From Candidatus Palauibacter sp. (GTDB lineage: Bacteria > Gemmatimonadota > Gemmatimonadetes > Palauibacterales > Palauibacteraceae), in the NCBI RefSeq assembly GCF_965261555.1, contig NZ_OZ253465.1, positions 686,667-750,666 of the forward strand: DNA of 64,000 nucleotides. Reading direction: 5' to 3'. Position numbers and translations under genes: made by a program. Under the pieces are notes generated by a model. That model was not told the origin of the DNA. It did not search any database and worked only from the letters and a program-made list of their open reading frames with translations. Below are positions 47,040-56,612 of the stretch, piece by piece. Within the stretch, counting starts at the first letter, position 1. Every line of letters begins with the position of its first letter.

Positions 47040-49019
47040 ATGGCAACCCTGAACGTACGCAGAATCCGGCAGCGAATCGGCGTCCTGTTGGCGCTCACGC
47101 TCATGATCGCGGGCCCGGCCCCGGCGCACGCCCAGTCGGAGACGGGCGCCGTGCGGGGGACGGTGCTCGATGCGACGGCCGGCGTCGGGGTCGCGGGAGC
47201 GCAGGTCTTCGTGGCCGGGACGACGATCGGCACGCTGACCGACGCGGATGGCGGCTATTCGCTTTCGGGCGTGCCCGCCGGGGAGCGGGTCGTCACAGTC
47301 CGGTTGATCGGCTACAGGGAGACGAGCAAGTCGATCACCGTGACGGCAGGCGAGACGGTGACGCTGGATTTTTCCGTCGAGCAGACAGCGGTGCGACGGC
47401 ACGATCTCACCGTGACGGGCGTGGCCGGCGAGACCCCGCAGGTGGTCCCGTACGTGGTCGAGCGCGCCGCGCGCGGCCTTGCGGCCACCTCGGTCATGCG
47501 CGCGTACGCCGACTTCAACACCGAGTCGTACGCCCGGATCGAGGAGAACGGTTTCCGGAGCGTCGGCGCGTCACCCCTCTCCACCTTCTCGATCGATGTG
47601 GACCGTGCGTCGTATGCGAACGTCCGACGCTTCATCCAGGCGGGGGAGCGGCCGCCCGTCGACGCGGTCCGGATCGAGGAGATGATCAACTACTTCCCGT
47701 ACGAGTGGGACTCCGAGCGGGACACGGCACCCGGCGGGCGGAACTCGGCAGCCGGCGACCACCCGTTCCAACTCCTCACGGAGGTGTGGGACGCGCCCTG
47801 GAAGCCGGAGCACCGGCTCGTTCGCATCGGACTCCGCGCGCCCTCCATCGACACGGAGGACCTGCCGCCGAGCAACCTGGTCTTCCTGCTCGACGTGTCG
47901 GGGTCGATGTCGTCGCCCGACAAGCTCCCGCTGCTGAAGAAGGCCTTCGCCCTGCTCGCCGAACAGCTCCGACCGCAGGACCGGGTCGCGATCGTCGTCT
48001 ACGCCGGCGCGGCGGGGCTCGTGCTTCCTCCGACGCCGGGGAATCGGCGCGCCCGGATCCTGTCCGCGGTGGAGCGGCTGCAGCCGGGCGGAAGCACGGC
48101 GGGCGGCGCCGGGATCGCGCTCGCCTACGAGGTCGCGCGGGAGCACTTCGTCGAGGACGGCAACAACCGCGTCATTCTCGCGACGGACGGCGACTTCAAC
48201 GTCGGCGCCTCCAGCGACGCCGAGATGGTGCGCCTCATCGAGAAGGAACGGGAGGGCGGGATCTTCCTCACGGTCCTCGGCTTCGGCACCGGCAACCTGA
48301 AGGATTCGAAGATGGAGCAGATCGCGGACCACGGGAACGGCAACTTCCACTACGTGGATGGCCTCCTCGAAGCCCGCAAGGTGCTCGTGGAGGAGATGGG
48401 AGGGACGCTCTTCACGGTCGCGAAGGACGTGAAGCTGCAGGTGGAGTTCAACCCCGCGCGCGCCGCCGCATACCGGCTGATCGGGTACGAGAACCGGTTG
48501 CTCGCCGACGAGGACTTCAACGACGACACGAAGGACGCGGGCGAACTCGGGGCCGGCCACACGGTGACCGCGCTGTACGAGGTCGTGCCAGCAGGTCTCC
48601 CAATCCCCCGCACCGTGGATCCGCTGCGCTACCAGCCGACGGCCGAGCCGCGGCCCCCGGTTGAAGCGCCCCCGGCTGAAGCGCCCCCCGCTGCGTTCGA
48701 GGACGAACTGCTCTACGTGAAGATCCGTTACAAGGATCCGGACGGTTCCCAGAGCAGGCTCCTGGCGCACGCGGTCGCGGACCGCGCCCGGTCGCCCTCG
48801 CGGAGTTTCCGCTTCGCCGCGGCCGTGGCGGGGTTCGGCATGCTGCTGCGCGACTCGCCCCACGCCGGAGGGCTCACGCCGGACGATGTCATCGCAATGG
48901 CGGAGAGGGGACGGGGCGACGACCGGCGGGGCTATCGCGGCGAGTTCATCCGACTCGTGGAGGCCGTGCGCGACCTGGATCTGCTCGGAACGGCAGCAGA
49001 GGAGGACGACCAGCGTTAA
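47040..49019 (+). CDS. von Willebrand factor A domain protein, YfbK-like (N-terminal carboxypeptidase-regulatory-like domain + VWA + DUF3520)
   Basis: In-frame ATG at 47040 with signal peptide; VWA MIDAS motif LVFLLDVSGSMSS; DUF3520-like C-terminus. Confidence 0.8.
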   Translation: MATLNVRRIRQRIGVLLALTLMIAGPAPAHAQSETGAVRGTVLDATAGVGVAGAQVFVAGTTIGTLTDADGGYSLSGVPAGERVVTVRLIGYRETSKSITVTAGETVTLDFSVEQTAVRRHDLTVTGVAGETPQVVPYVVERAARGLAATSVMRAYADFNTESYARIEENGFRSVGASPLSTFSIDVDRASYANVRRFIQAGERPPVDAVRIEEMINYFPYEWDSERDTAPGGRNSAAGDHPFQLLTEVWDAPWKPEHRLVRIGLRAPSIDTEDLPPSNLVFLLDVSGSMSSPDKLPLLKKAFALLAEQLRPQDRVAIVVYAGAAGLVLPPTPGNRRARILSAVERLQPGGSTAGGAGIALAYEVAREHFVEDGNNRVILATDGDFNVGASSDAEMVRLIEKEREGGIFLTVLGFGTGNLKDSKMEQIADHGNGNFHYVDGLLEARKVLVEEMGGTLFTVAKDVKLQVEFNPARAAAYRLIGYENRLLADEDFNDDTKDAGELGAGHTVTALYEVVPAGLPIPRTVDPLRYQPTAEPRPPVEAPPAEAPPAAFEDELLYVKIRYKDPDGSQSRLLAHAVADRARSPSRSFRFAAAVAGFGMLLRDSPHAGGLTPDDVIAMAERGRGDDRRGYRGEFIRLVEAVRDLDLLGTAAEEDDQR

Positions 49020-49094
49020 TGTGGCGGCTCATCCCCGGGCCGCGGCGCTGAGCGAGTCGGCCGCGGCGGCCCGCACCGGGAGGAGCCGCGCCCG

Positions 49095-49835
49095 TTGAAG
49101 CTCAATCGACGCATCTCCGGCCAGATCGAACGGCCGGCGGACAAACGACGCTACGTGCGCCGACTGTTCGCCGGCGTGGCCGGCCGTTACGACCTCACCA
49201 ACGATCTCATGTCGCTGGGTCTCCACCGCCGCTGGAAGCGCCGGCTGCTCGCACGGGCCGACCTGCGCCCGGACCACCGCGTCCTCGATCTCGCGGCCGG
49301 CACCGGAGACCTCGCCCGGGGAGCGCTGGATCGGGCCGCGCGCGAGGCGTTCGAGATCCACGTCGTGGCCGCGGATCTCACGCCGGAGATGATGAGGGTG
49401 GGGCGCGGACGCCCGGGCCCCGACCTCGCCGGCTGGATCGGGGCCGATGCGCTCCGTCTGCCCTTTCCCGATGGCGCGTTCGACCGTGTCGTCGTCGGCT
49501 ACGGACTGAGGAACTTCGCCGGCCTGGACTCCGCTTTGGCCGAGAGCTTCCGCTGCCTGCGCCCGGGCGGCCGGCTGATCTCACTCGACTTCGGCCACCC
49601 TCGCTCCGCGGCGCTGCGCCGCATCTACCTCGGATATCTCGACGCCTCGACTCGCATCGCGGGTTGGGCGCTCCACCGCGATCCCGAGTCCTACGTGTAC
49701 ATCCCCGAGTCGCTGAGGAGGTTCCCGGACCAGAGGGAGATGGTCCGCAGGATGGAAGCGGCCGGGTTCGTGGAGTGCGGTTACGAAGACCTGATGATGG
49801 GCACGATGGCCATCAACTACGGAAACCGCCGTTAG
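49095..49835 (+). CDS. ubiE: demethylmenaquinone / ubiquinone C-methyltransferase (UbiE/MenG family)
   Basis: Family N-terminus RYDLTNDLMSLGLHRRWKRR and SAM motif VLDLAAGTGD; the track start is TTG and the true start may lie a few codons downstream. Confidence 0.8.
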   Translation: MKLNRRISGQIERPADKRRYVRRLFAGVAGRYDLTNDLMSLGLHRRWKRRLLARADLRPDHRVLDLAAGTGDLARGALDRAAREAFEIHVVAADLTPEMMRVGRGRPGPDLAGWIGADALRLPFPDGAFDRVVVGYGLRNFAGLDSALAESFRCLRPGGRLISLDFGHPRSAALRRIYLGYLDASTRIAGWALHRDPESYVYIPESLRRFPDQREMVRRMEAAGFVECGYEDLMMGTMAINYGNRR

Positions 49836-49875
49836 CGTCGCGGCTGGAGCCTCGGGCTGGCAGCCCGTGGCAAAC

Positions 49876-50067
49876 CTACATGCCCGGGTTGGATTCCGTC
49901 TTCCAGACGGTGAACTGGCGCTGGCCGGATTCGCTTTCCTCGAGGCGAACTTTCAGCGCATCGCCATCGGCCAGTCGCATGTGGTCGCGCATCTCCAGAG
50001 GAATCGTGATGCGGCCGCCGCTTCCTACGGTGATGTCGCGGTAGTACATGACGCGGAAGATCGCCAT
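49876..50067 (-). CDS. AbrB/MazE/SpoVT-family DNA-binding protein (antitoxin-like), solitary
   Basis: 63 aa, ATG start; swapped-hairpin pattern GGRITIPLEMRDHMRLADGDALKV. Confidence 0.55.
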   Translation of the reverse strand: MAIFRVMYYRDITVGSGGRITIPLEMRDHMRLADGDALKVRLEESESGQRQFTVWKTESNPGM

Positions 50068-50106
50068 CTAACCTCCCCATGGAGGGTTGGATTTCGGCAA
50101 AGTGAG

Positions 50107-50129
50107 GGGAATCCTCAATATGGGGATTC
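50107..50129. promoter_or_regulatory. inverted repeat (GGGAATCC-N7-GGGGATTC) in the divergent promoter region between the AbrB-like gene and the natA-like gene
   Basis: gggaatcctcaatatggggattc; the arms are reverse complements (gaatcc / ggattc). Confidence 0.3.
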
Positions 50130-50198
50130 AACGGCCCCCGCGGTAGGCCGGACCGCCGAACGCGCGGGGCGGCAGACGAGTCCGCTGCTTGGCGACGG

Positions 50199-51176
50199 GT
50201 GCGGGCAGTCCGTATGATCGGGGCCGTGAATACACCGGCCATTCGCCTCCGCGGCGTCACGAAGCGCTTCGACAGGAAGACGGCGGTCCGCGACCTCGAC
50301 CTCGAGATCCCACGCGGATCGATCTACGGGCTCATCGGGCCGAACGGCGCCGGAAAGACGACGACGCTCCGGATCATCCTCGACATCATCGGGCCCGACG
50401 CGGGCTCCGTGGACGTCTTCGGTTCCCCCAACGTCGAGGCCATGCGCACCCGCATCGGGTACCTGCCGGAGGAGCGCGGCATGTACCAGAAGATGACGGC
50501 CGCGGACCACCTCGCGTTCTTCGGCCAACTGAAGGGACTGAAGCGGAAGGAGGCGCTCGCGCGTGCCCGGTCCGGGCTGGACGCGGTGGGTCTCGGCGAC
50601 CGGGCGGACGACAAGGTGGAGACCTTCTCGAAGGGGATGGCCCAGAAGGCCCAGTTCCTGGGGGTCATCCTTCACGAACCCGACCTGCTGGTGCTCGACG
50701 AGCCCTTCAGCGGCCTCGATCCGCTGAACGTCGAACTGTTCAAGCAACTGCTGCAGGAACGACAGCGGGCCGGAGCCACGATCCTGCTCTCGACGCACCT
50801 CATCGAGGACGCCGAGCGCCTGTGCGAGCGGGTGTGCATGATCGCGGGAGCGACCAAGGTGCTCGATGGCCGGGTCCGCGACATCAAGGCCGCGGCGGGG
50901 CGGCGCGACATCGCGCTGTCCTTCGAGGGGAACCCCACGTTCCTCGATGCGCCGGACCTCATCGAGGACATCTCGGCGCACGGCACGTACGTGGAGGTCC
51001 GCATGCTGGAAGGGGCGGATCCGCAGGCGCTGTTGCGGCGGGCGGTGGACGGCGGCGCCCTGATCTCGCGCTTCGAACTCATCGAACCCTCGCTGCGCCA
51101 GATCTTCATCGAGAAGGCGACGGAGGCCGGACTCTCGCACGAGGACGAGAGCGAAGACGACGAGGCGGCGGCATGA
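50199..51176 (+). CDS. ABC-2 type transporter ATP-binding protein (NatA-like)
   Basis: Walker A GPNGAGKTT, signature FSKGMAQK, Walker B LLVLDEPFSGLD; GTG at 50199 or ATG at 50214. Confidence 0.9.
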   Translation: MRAVRMIGAVNTPAIRLRGVTKRFDRKTAVRDLDLEIPRGSIYGLIGPNGAGKTTTLRIILDIIGPDAGSVDVFGSPNVEAMRTRIGYLPEERGMYQKMTAADHLAFFGQLKGLKRKEALARARSGLDAVGLGDRADDKVETFSKGMAQKAQFLGVILHEPDLLVLDEPFSGLDPLNVELFKQLLQERQRAGATILLSTHLIEDAERLCERVCMIAGATKVLDGRVRDIKAAAGRRDIALSFEGNPTFLDAPDLIEDISAHGTYVEVRMLEGADPQALLRRAVDGGALISRFELIEPSLRQIFIEKATEAGLSHEDESEDDEAAA

Positions 51177-52504
51177 ACCCGTTCACACCCAGGGTCGCGG
51201 CCGTGATCCGCCGGGAGTTCATCCTGCGCGTGAAGTCGAAGTGGTTCCTCCTCTCCACGCTGGGCCTCCCCGTGCTGATCGTCGGCCTCGGCGTCCTCTC
51301 CGCCTTCCTGGCCGTGAGAGGGGCGACGGATGCGGGCGAGGAGCGCCGGCTCATCGGGGTCGCCGATCCCGCCGGGCTGATCGGTGACCTCCTGATCGAG
51401 GAGTTCCTCGCGGACTCGCTCGACGCCGTGCGCGCCGCGGACATGGAGGCGGTATCGGTCGACGAGGCGCGGACGCGGCTCGCCGGCTCCTCGTACGATC
51501 TGCTGCTGATGATCCCGCAGAGTGAGGGCCGGCGCTCCGCGGAGATGCCGGGGGCGACGCCGGACGCGGACGAAGGGGAGGGCGACGACGAGCGGACGAC
51601 GCTGCTCGCGCGGGCCAGCGTGCCTTCCGTCATCGAGGGCTCGGTCCGTGGCGCCCTTCAGCGGGCATCGGTACGGGCGCGCCTGCGCTCGATCGGCGTG
51701 CAGAGCATCGATCCCGGCGCGCTGCTCCAGCGGACCTCGTTCGACGTCATCAACGTCACGGAGTCCGGCGAAGCGCGGTCCCAGGATATCTACCGGGCGC
51801 TCAGCTTCGGCATCGCGTTCTTCTTCTACTTCATCCTGCTCATCTACGGCCAGATGATCGTGCGGGCGATCCTCGAGGAGAAGCAGTCCGACATCGTCGA
51901 GATCATGGTCTCCTCCCTTCGCCCGTGGGAACTGATGCTGGGCAAGATCGTGGGCGTCGGCGCCGTGGGTATCGCGCAGATGGCCGTCTGGGCGCTGGTC
52001 TTCGCGCTCGCGGCGGTGTACGGCCTCACCGCCGGGGCATCCACGCTGGCGGAGGCGGGGATCGACATCGCGAGCATCCCGGTCCCGTGGGGCACGCTCG
52101 TGTTGATGTTCTTCTTCCTCGTCTTCGGCTACCTGCTCTACGCAGGCATGTTCGCGGGGGCCGGCGCCACGATCAGCAACGAGCACGACGCCCAGCAGGT
52201 CATGCTCCCGATCACGATGCTGATCATCCTCCCCTTCATCGCGACGCAGGGCGTGATCCAGAGCCCGAACGCGGGCTGGGGCGTCATCCTCTCCCTCGTG
52301 CCGTTCTTCAGTCCGCTGGTGATGCCGGCGCGGCTGTTCGCCACCTCGGTCCCGGTGTGGCAGTGGCTCGTGTCGCTGGTTCTGCTGGGAGTCTTCGTCC
52401 TCGGGGCGGCGTGGGTCGCGGGTCGCATCTTCCGGGTCGGGATTCTGATGAAGGGCCAGCGCGCCAACCTGCCGCAGGTGCTGCGGTGGATACGCCACGG
52501 TTAG
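51173..52504 (+). CDS. ABC-2 family transporter permease (NatB-like)
   Basis: ATG at 51173 overlaps the natA stop (ATGA); N-terminal TM, a large extracytoplasmic loop, C-terminal 5-TM bundle. Confidence 0.8.
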   Translation: MNPFTPRVAAVIRREFILRVKSKWFLLSTLGLPVLIVGLGVLSAFLAVRGATDAGEERRLIGVADPAGLIGDLLIEEFLADSLDAVRAADMEAVSVDEARTRLAGSSYDLLLMIPQSEGRRSAEMPGATPDADEGEGDDERTTLLARASVPSVIEGSVRGALQRASVRARLRSIGVQSIDPGALLQRTSFDVINVTESGEARSQDIYRALSFGIAFFFYFILLIYGQMIVRAILEEKQSDIVEIMVSSLRPWELMLGKIVGVGAVGIAQMAVWALVFALAAVYGLTAGASTLAEAGIDIASIPVPWGTLVLMFFFLVFGYLLYAGMFAGAGATISNEHDAQQVMLPITMLIILPFIATQGVIQSPNAGWGVILSLVPFFSPLVMPARLFATSVPVWQWLVSLVLLGVFVLGAAWVAGRIFRVGILMKGQRANLPQVLRWIRHG

Positions 52505-53343
52505 CCGTCCCTGACAGACGCGCGCGGCGAACCTCCTTCGCCCTCCTCTTCGCCCTCGGCGGGGGAGTCTGCGCGGGGGCGTGCGGGACCGACTCGGACA
52601 CGTTCGTGCTCGGCGCCACGACGTCCACCTACGATTCGGGCCTGCTCGAACACCTGATCGCCCGCTTCAACGAAGACCATCCCGGGCTCCGGGTGCGCAC
52701 GGTCATCGCGGGAAGCGGCGAAGCGCTGCAACTCGGCCGCACGGGGGACGTGGATCTCCTGCTCGTGCACGCGCCCGAAGCCGAGGCACGCTTCGTCGAG
52801 GCGGGGTACGCGCCGCGGCGGAGTCCCGTCCTCGTCAACGGGTACGTGATCGCGGGGCCGCCCTCGGATCCGGCCCGGATTCGCGGGGCCGCATCCCCCT
52901 CCGAGGCGTTCGCGACCCTCGCGCGGGGGGAGCACGACTTCGTCTCGCGCGGCGACAGTTCGGGCACGCACTACCGCGAAATCGCCTTCTGGCGCGAGGC
53001 GGGGGTGACCGGGGGCGGTGCCTGGTACGTGGAGTCCGGACAGGGACAGGCCACGACGCTGCACGTGGCGAGCGAACGCCGCGCCTACGTCCTCACGGAT
53101 GTCGCGACGCTCGCGATGCTCTCGCCGGTGCTCGACCTGGATCCGCTCGTCGCGGACCACCCCTCGCTGCGCAACGTCTACTCGCTGCTCGCGCCGCGCG
53201 CCGCGGCCCGGCCGGAACGGGCCGCCGTCTTCGCGGACTGGCTACGCTCCGGAAACGGGCGCCGCGCGATCGGGGAATTCCGGGTGCGGGGCGGCCCGGA
53301 GGCCCTCTTCGCCCCGTGGCCCCGCGACGATCCGACTCCCTAG
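52486..53343 (+). CDS. tupA: tungstate/molybdate ABC transporter substrate-binding lipoprotein (TupA/WtpA-like, COG2998)
   Basis: PBP pattern LGATTSTYDSGLLEHL..; lipobox LFALGGGVCAGAC; start uncertain (candidate GTG at 52486 overlapping the permease 3' end). Confidence 0.65.
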   Translation: MDTPRLAVPDRRARRTSFALLFALGGGVCAGACGTDSDTFVLGATTSTYDSGLLEHLIARFNEDHPGLRVRTVIAGSGEALQLGRTGDVDLLLVHAPEAEARFVEAGYAPRRSPVLVNGYVIAGPPSDPARIRGAASPSEAFATLARGEHDFVSRGDSSGTHYREIAFWREAGVTGGGAWYVESGQGQATTLHVASERRAYVLTDVATLAMLSPVLDLDPLVADHPSLRNVYSLLAPRAAARPERAAVFADWLRSGNGRRAIGEFRVRGGPEALFAPWPRDDPTP

Positions 53344-53352
53344 ATTCCGCGC

Positions 53353-54051
53353 GTGGATCCGCTGCTCGAGGCTCTCCGGCTCATCACGTCGGGTGACCTG
53401 TACGTCTGGAACGTCATCCTCCGCTCTCTGCAGATCAGCGGATCGGCGCTCCTCCTGGCCATGGTCATCGGACTCCCCATCGGGATCGCGGTCGGGCTGA
53501 CGCGATTCCGGCTTCGCCTGCCCGTGGTCGCGGTGATCAACGCGGGTCTCGCCTTCCCTCCCGTCGTCGTCGGCCTCGGCGTCTTCCTCCTGCTCTCGCG
53601 GGCAGGTCCGCTCGGCGACCTGCAACTCCTCTACACGCCGGCCGCCATGATCGGCGCCCAGGCGATCCTCGCGGGCCCGTACATCGCCGCGGTGAGCCTC
53701 GCCGCCGTGGAGAACATCCCCCCGGACATCGCGCTTCAGGCGCGGGCGCTCGGCGCGAGCCGGCGGCAGGCGATCCTCCTGCAGCTGAGGGAGGTGCGGA
53801 CGTCGCTCGTGGCCGCGGTGGCGGCGGGGTTCGGGGCCATCATCAGCGAGGTGGGCGCGGTGATGATGGTGGGAGGCAACATCCTCGGCGAAACCCGGGT
53901 GATGACGACCGCGATCGTGCTGGAGACGCGGCGCGGCAACTTCGACGTCGCGATCGCCATGGGGATCGTACTCATGCTCATCGCTCTCTGCGTGAACGCG
54001 GCGCTCCTCCTGCTCGGCCGGCGGGCGATCCGCCGCGGGCAGGTCGCGTGA
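53353..54051 (+). CDS. tupB: tungstate/molybdate ABC transporter permease (TupB-like)
   Basis: Five TM helices; BPD_transp_1 EAA-like loop (..EVGAVMMVGGN..). Confidence 0.8.
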   Translation: MDPLLEALRLITSGDLYVWNVILRSLQISGSALLLAMVIGLPIGIAVGLTRFRLRLPVVAVINAGLAFPPVVVGLGVFLLLSRAGPLGDLQLLYTPAAMIGAQAILAGPYIAAVSLAAVENIPPDIALQARALGASRRQAILLQLREVRTSLVAAVAAGFGAIISEVGAVMMVGGNILGETRVMTTAIVLETRRGNFDVAIAMGIVLMLIALCVNAALLLLGRRAIRRGQVA

Positions 54052-55175
54052 ACGCCGCGAGCGGACCGCTCCTCGGCGGAGTCGGCCTGCGCCGGAGCTA
54101 CGGCGGAAGGACGGCCGTCGAGGTGGACCGCATCGAGCTGCGGGAGGGCGAGATGCTCGCGGTGTTCGGGCCGAACGGGGCCGGGAAATCGACGTTGCTG
54201 CGCCTTCTCGCCATGCTGGAGAAGCCCGACGCCGGAGAGGTCGCGTTCCGCGGCGGGTCGGGACGGCCGGCCGAGCGGGCGCTCCGGGCCGCGTCCGCGG
54301 TCGTGTTCCAGCGCCCCCACTTCTGGAGCGACTCCGTCGAGTACAACGTTGGGCTCGGGCTGGCCCTGCGCGGCGTGCCCCGGCCCGAGGCCCGCGCCCG
54401 CTCGCGCGCGGTGTGCGAGCAACTCGCGATCTCGCACCTGCTGGGAGCCCCGATATCGCGGTTGTCCGGGGGGGAGGCGCAGCGCGTGGCGCTCGCGCGG
54501 GCGCTCGTTCTCGACCCGGAGATCCTCTTCCTCGACGAGCCGACGGCGAATCTCGATACGGATTCGCGGCTCGACCTCCGCCACGACCTGGAGCGCGTGG
54601 CCCGGGAGCGGGCGACGAGCGTCTTTCTCATCACCCACGACCGGGGCGAGGCCTTCCACCTCGCGGATCGGGTCGCCGTGATCCGGGACGGGAAGCTGGT
54701 CCAGACGGGCACGCCGAAGGAGATCTACGAGAATCCCGCGGACGTCTACACGGCGCGCGTCACCGGGGCGGAGTTCACGATCTCCGGCGCCGTGACGCGG
54801 GCGCACGAGCGCATGGTCACCGTCGACATCGGGGGCGCTTCGCTCGTGGCCCTCGGCGAGGCGGTCCCGGGGACGCCGGTGAAGATCGCCTATCGGCCAG
54901 AGGACCTCGTCCTCGGGCCCCCGGACGTCCCCCCCGCGGATCTGAGCACGCGCAACCTGGTCGTGGCGACGGTGGAGGAACGGCGCGACATGGGCGGGCT
55001 CGTGCGGCTGCGGCTTCGCGGTCCCGTCGAACTCGTGGCCCTCGTCACGCTCGACGCGGCGGAGGAGCTCGGCGTCGAACCCGGCGCGCGCTTCGCGGTA
55101 CGCGCGAAGGCCACCGCGCTCCATGCGTTCGCGGCGGCCCCGCCGGCCCCAACCCTGCCGGATCCGGCCAGTTAG
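54048..55175 (+). CDS. tupC: tungstate/molybdate ABC transporter ATP-binding protein with C-terminal TOBE/Mop domain (TupC-like)
   Basis: GTG start overlaps the tupB stop (GTGA); Walker A GPNGAGKST, signature LSGGEAQRVALARAL; C-terminal TOBE-like beta domain. Confidence 0.85.
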   Translation: MNAASGPLLGGVGLRRSYGGRTAVEVDRIELREGEMLAVFGPNGAGKSTLLRLLAMLEKPDAGEVAFRGGSGRPAERALRAASAVVFQRPHFWSDSVEYNVGLGLALRGVPRPEARARSRAVCEQLAISHLLGAPISRLSGGEAQRVALARALVLDPEILFLDEPTANLDTDSRLDLRHDLERVARERATSVFLITHDRGEAFHLADRVAVIRDGKLVQTGTPKEIYENPADVYTARVTGAEFTISGAVTRAHERMVTVDIGGASLVALGEAVPGTPVKIAYRPEDLVLGPPDVPPADLSTRNLVVATVEERRDMGGLVRLRLRGPVELVALVTLDAAEELGVEPGARFAVRAKATALHAFAAAPPAPTLPDPAS

Positions 55176-55192
55176 GGCTTTTCCGCAGCCGG

Positions 55193-56425
55193 TTAGCCCG
55201 AATTCCGCCGGAGCGCGGGGCCCGTCCAGATGACGATGGCTCCGCAGCGCCCCACGGCCCCGCCGAACTCGGCCGGCAACTCGCTCGGGCCTCGATAGAC
55301 TTCGATCCCGGCGATCTCGGACGGCGAGACGAAGTTGTCGATCGATTCGCCGGCACCGCCGTCGCGGATCACGCGCACGCCGTCCAGGTAGACGTTCGCG
55401 TTCATGCACCCGTACTCGGCGCGACTGCTCAGGCTGGGCACGCCGCGCGTCATGCGGATGGTGCAGTTGTTGTTCGCGCCTCCGGTGCACTCGGTGCGCA
55501 CGCCCGGAATCCGTCCCAGGTAGTGCGTGACGCGGATCGCGCCGGCGTCCTGGATGTCGTCGCGCGTAAGGAATATCCCGGCGCCGATCGCCTCGCCGAG
55601 TTCTCGCCGGTCGTAGAACCCCTGAAGCTCCAGCCGCTTCTCGCGCAGTGCCGTGACGACGATCGGTGCGAGTTCGATCGGGTCCACGCTGAGTTCGAAG
55701 TCCACCTGCACGGTTCGATCGCTCGGGAGGCGCACCAACTGGTCCAGGGGATCGAAGGTGAGGTGGTCCACGGTCACGCGGTACATCCCCGGATCGAGGT
55801 CGGTGAACATGAAGCGGCCGCTGCCATCGGTCATTCCCTGCTGGTCCTCCGCCAGCAGCGTGTCCGAAAGAACGACGTTCGCGGCTTCCACCGGACGGCC
55901 GGACCGCCGATCCACCACCCGACCCACGATTCGGCCGGGCACGGTGAGCAGGCGGGCGAGCGCACCTTCCTCCACGCCCACGAGGATGTCCCACCCGGCG
56001 GGGGGGCCGGGTGCGATGTTCACTCGCGTCGGCTCCGTGCGGAAGGACGTGAACCTCGCGCTCACCGTGAGATCCTGCTCGGGCGGGAGACCGCAGAGGA
56101 CGTACACGCCCTCGCTGTCCGCATCCACCGAGACGGTGCGCTGCCGTCCCTCGCGTTCGGTCCAGCTCGCCGTGACGGTGGCCCCCGGAATGAGTATTCC
56201 CTGAAGCGTATCGCGGACGACGCCGGCGAGACCGGTGAGGGACGGATCCGTCCCCGCCGGACACGTCACGATGCCATGGGGCGGGGTAAGGGTCAGGCTC
56301 TGAGCGGCGAGACGAGACCCGGCCGACGTCAGGATGGCGGCTCCCGCCAGGGCGAAGGACGCGACCCGGCAGACGGCCCTTCTCCGCGCCTGCGCCTCCG
56401 AACGAACCTCTCGCTGTGTTCGCAT
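55193..56425 (-). CDS. secreted protein: carboxypeptidase-regulatory-like domains + TonB-dependent-receptor plug-like C-terminal domain (no barrel)
   Basis: Start at Met63 of the track ORF with signal peptide (VASFALAGAAILTSAGSRLAAQS); C-terminus ..IEVYRGPSELPAEFGGAVGRCGAIVIWT is plug-like. Confidence 0.55.
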   Translation of the reverse strand: MRTQREVRSEAQARRRAVCRVASFALAGAAILTSAGSRLAAQSLTLTPPHGIVTCPAGTDPSLTGLAGVVRDTLQGILIPGATVTASWTEREGRQRTVSVDADSEGVYVLCGLPPEQDLTVSARFTSFRTEPTRVNIAPGPPAGWDILVGVEEGALARLLTVPGRIVGRVVDRRSGRPVEAANVVLSDTLLAEDQQGMTDGSGRFMFTDLDPGMYRVTVDHLTFDPLDQLVRLPSDRTVQVDFELSVDPIELAPIVVTALREKRLELQGFYDRRELGEAIGAGIFLTRDDIQDAGAIRVTHYLGRIPGVRTECTGGANNNCTIRMTRGVPSLSSRAEYGCMNANVYLDGVRVIRDGGAGESIDNFVSPSEIAGIEVYRGPSELPAEFGGAVGRCGAIVIWTGPALRRNSG

Positions 56426-56612
56426 CCCGCAGTCTCCGCCACGACGTCGACAAGCCACGCATGGAAAGTAATGCGGGCGCGGTTCGCGCACACGACACGC
56501 GACGCGCCGGGGCCGCCCCGGACCTTCAGGGATTTGCGACGGGCGACGGTATTGCGAGACACTCCCGCACGCTGTCACTCTTTCGAGGGTTCTTCGGCCG
56601 CGGAGTCTCATC

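Noticed and set aside
50672-52498. 608-aa minus-strand ORF
   Set aside because: Antisense to the natAB-like genes.
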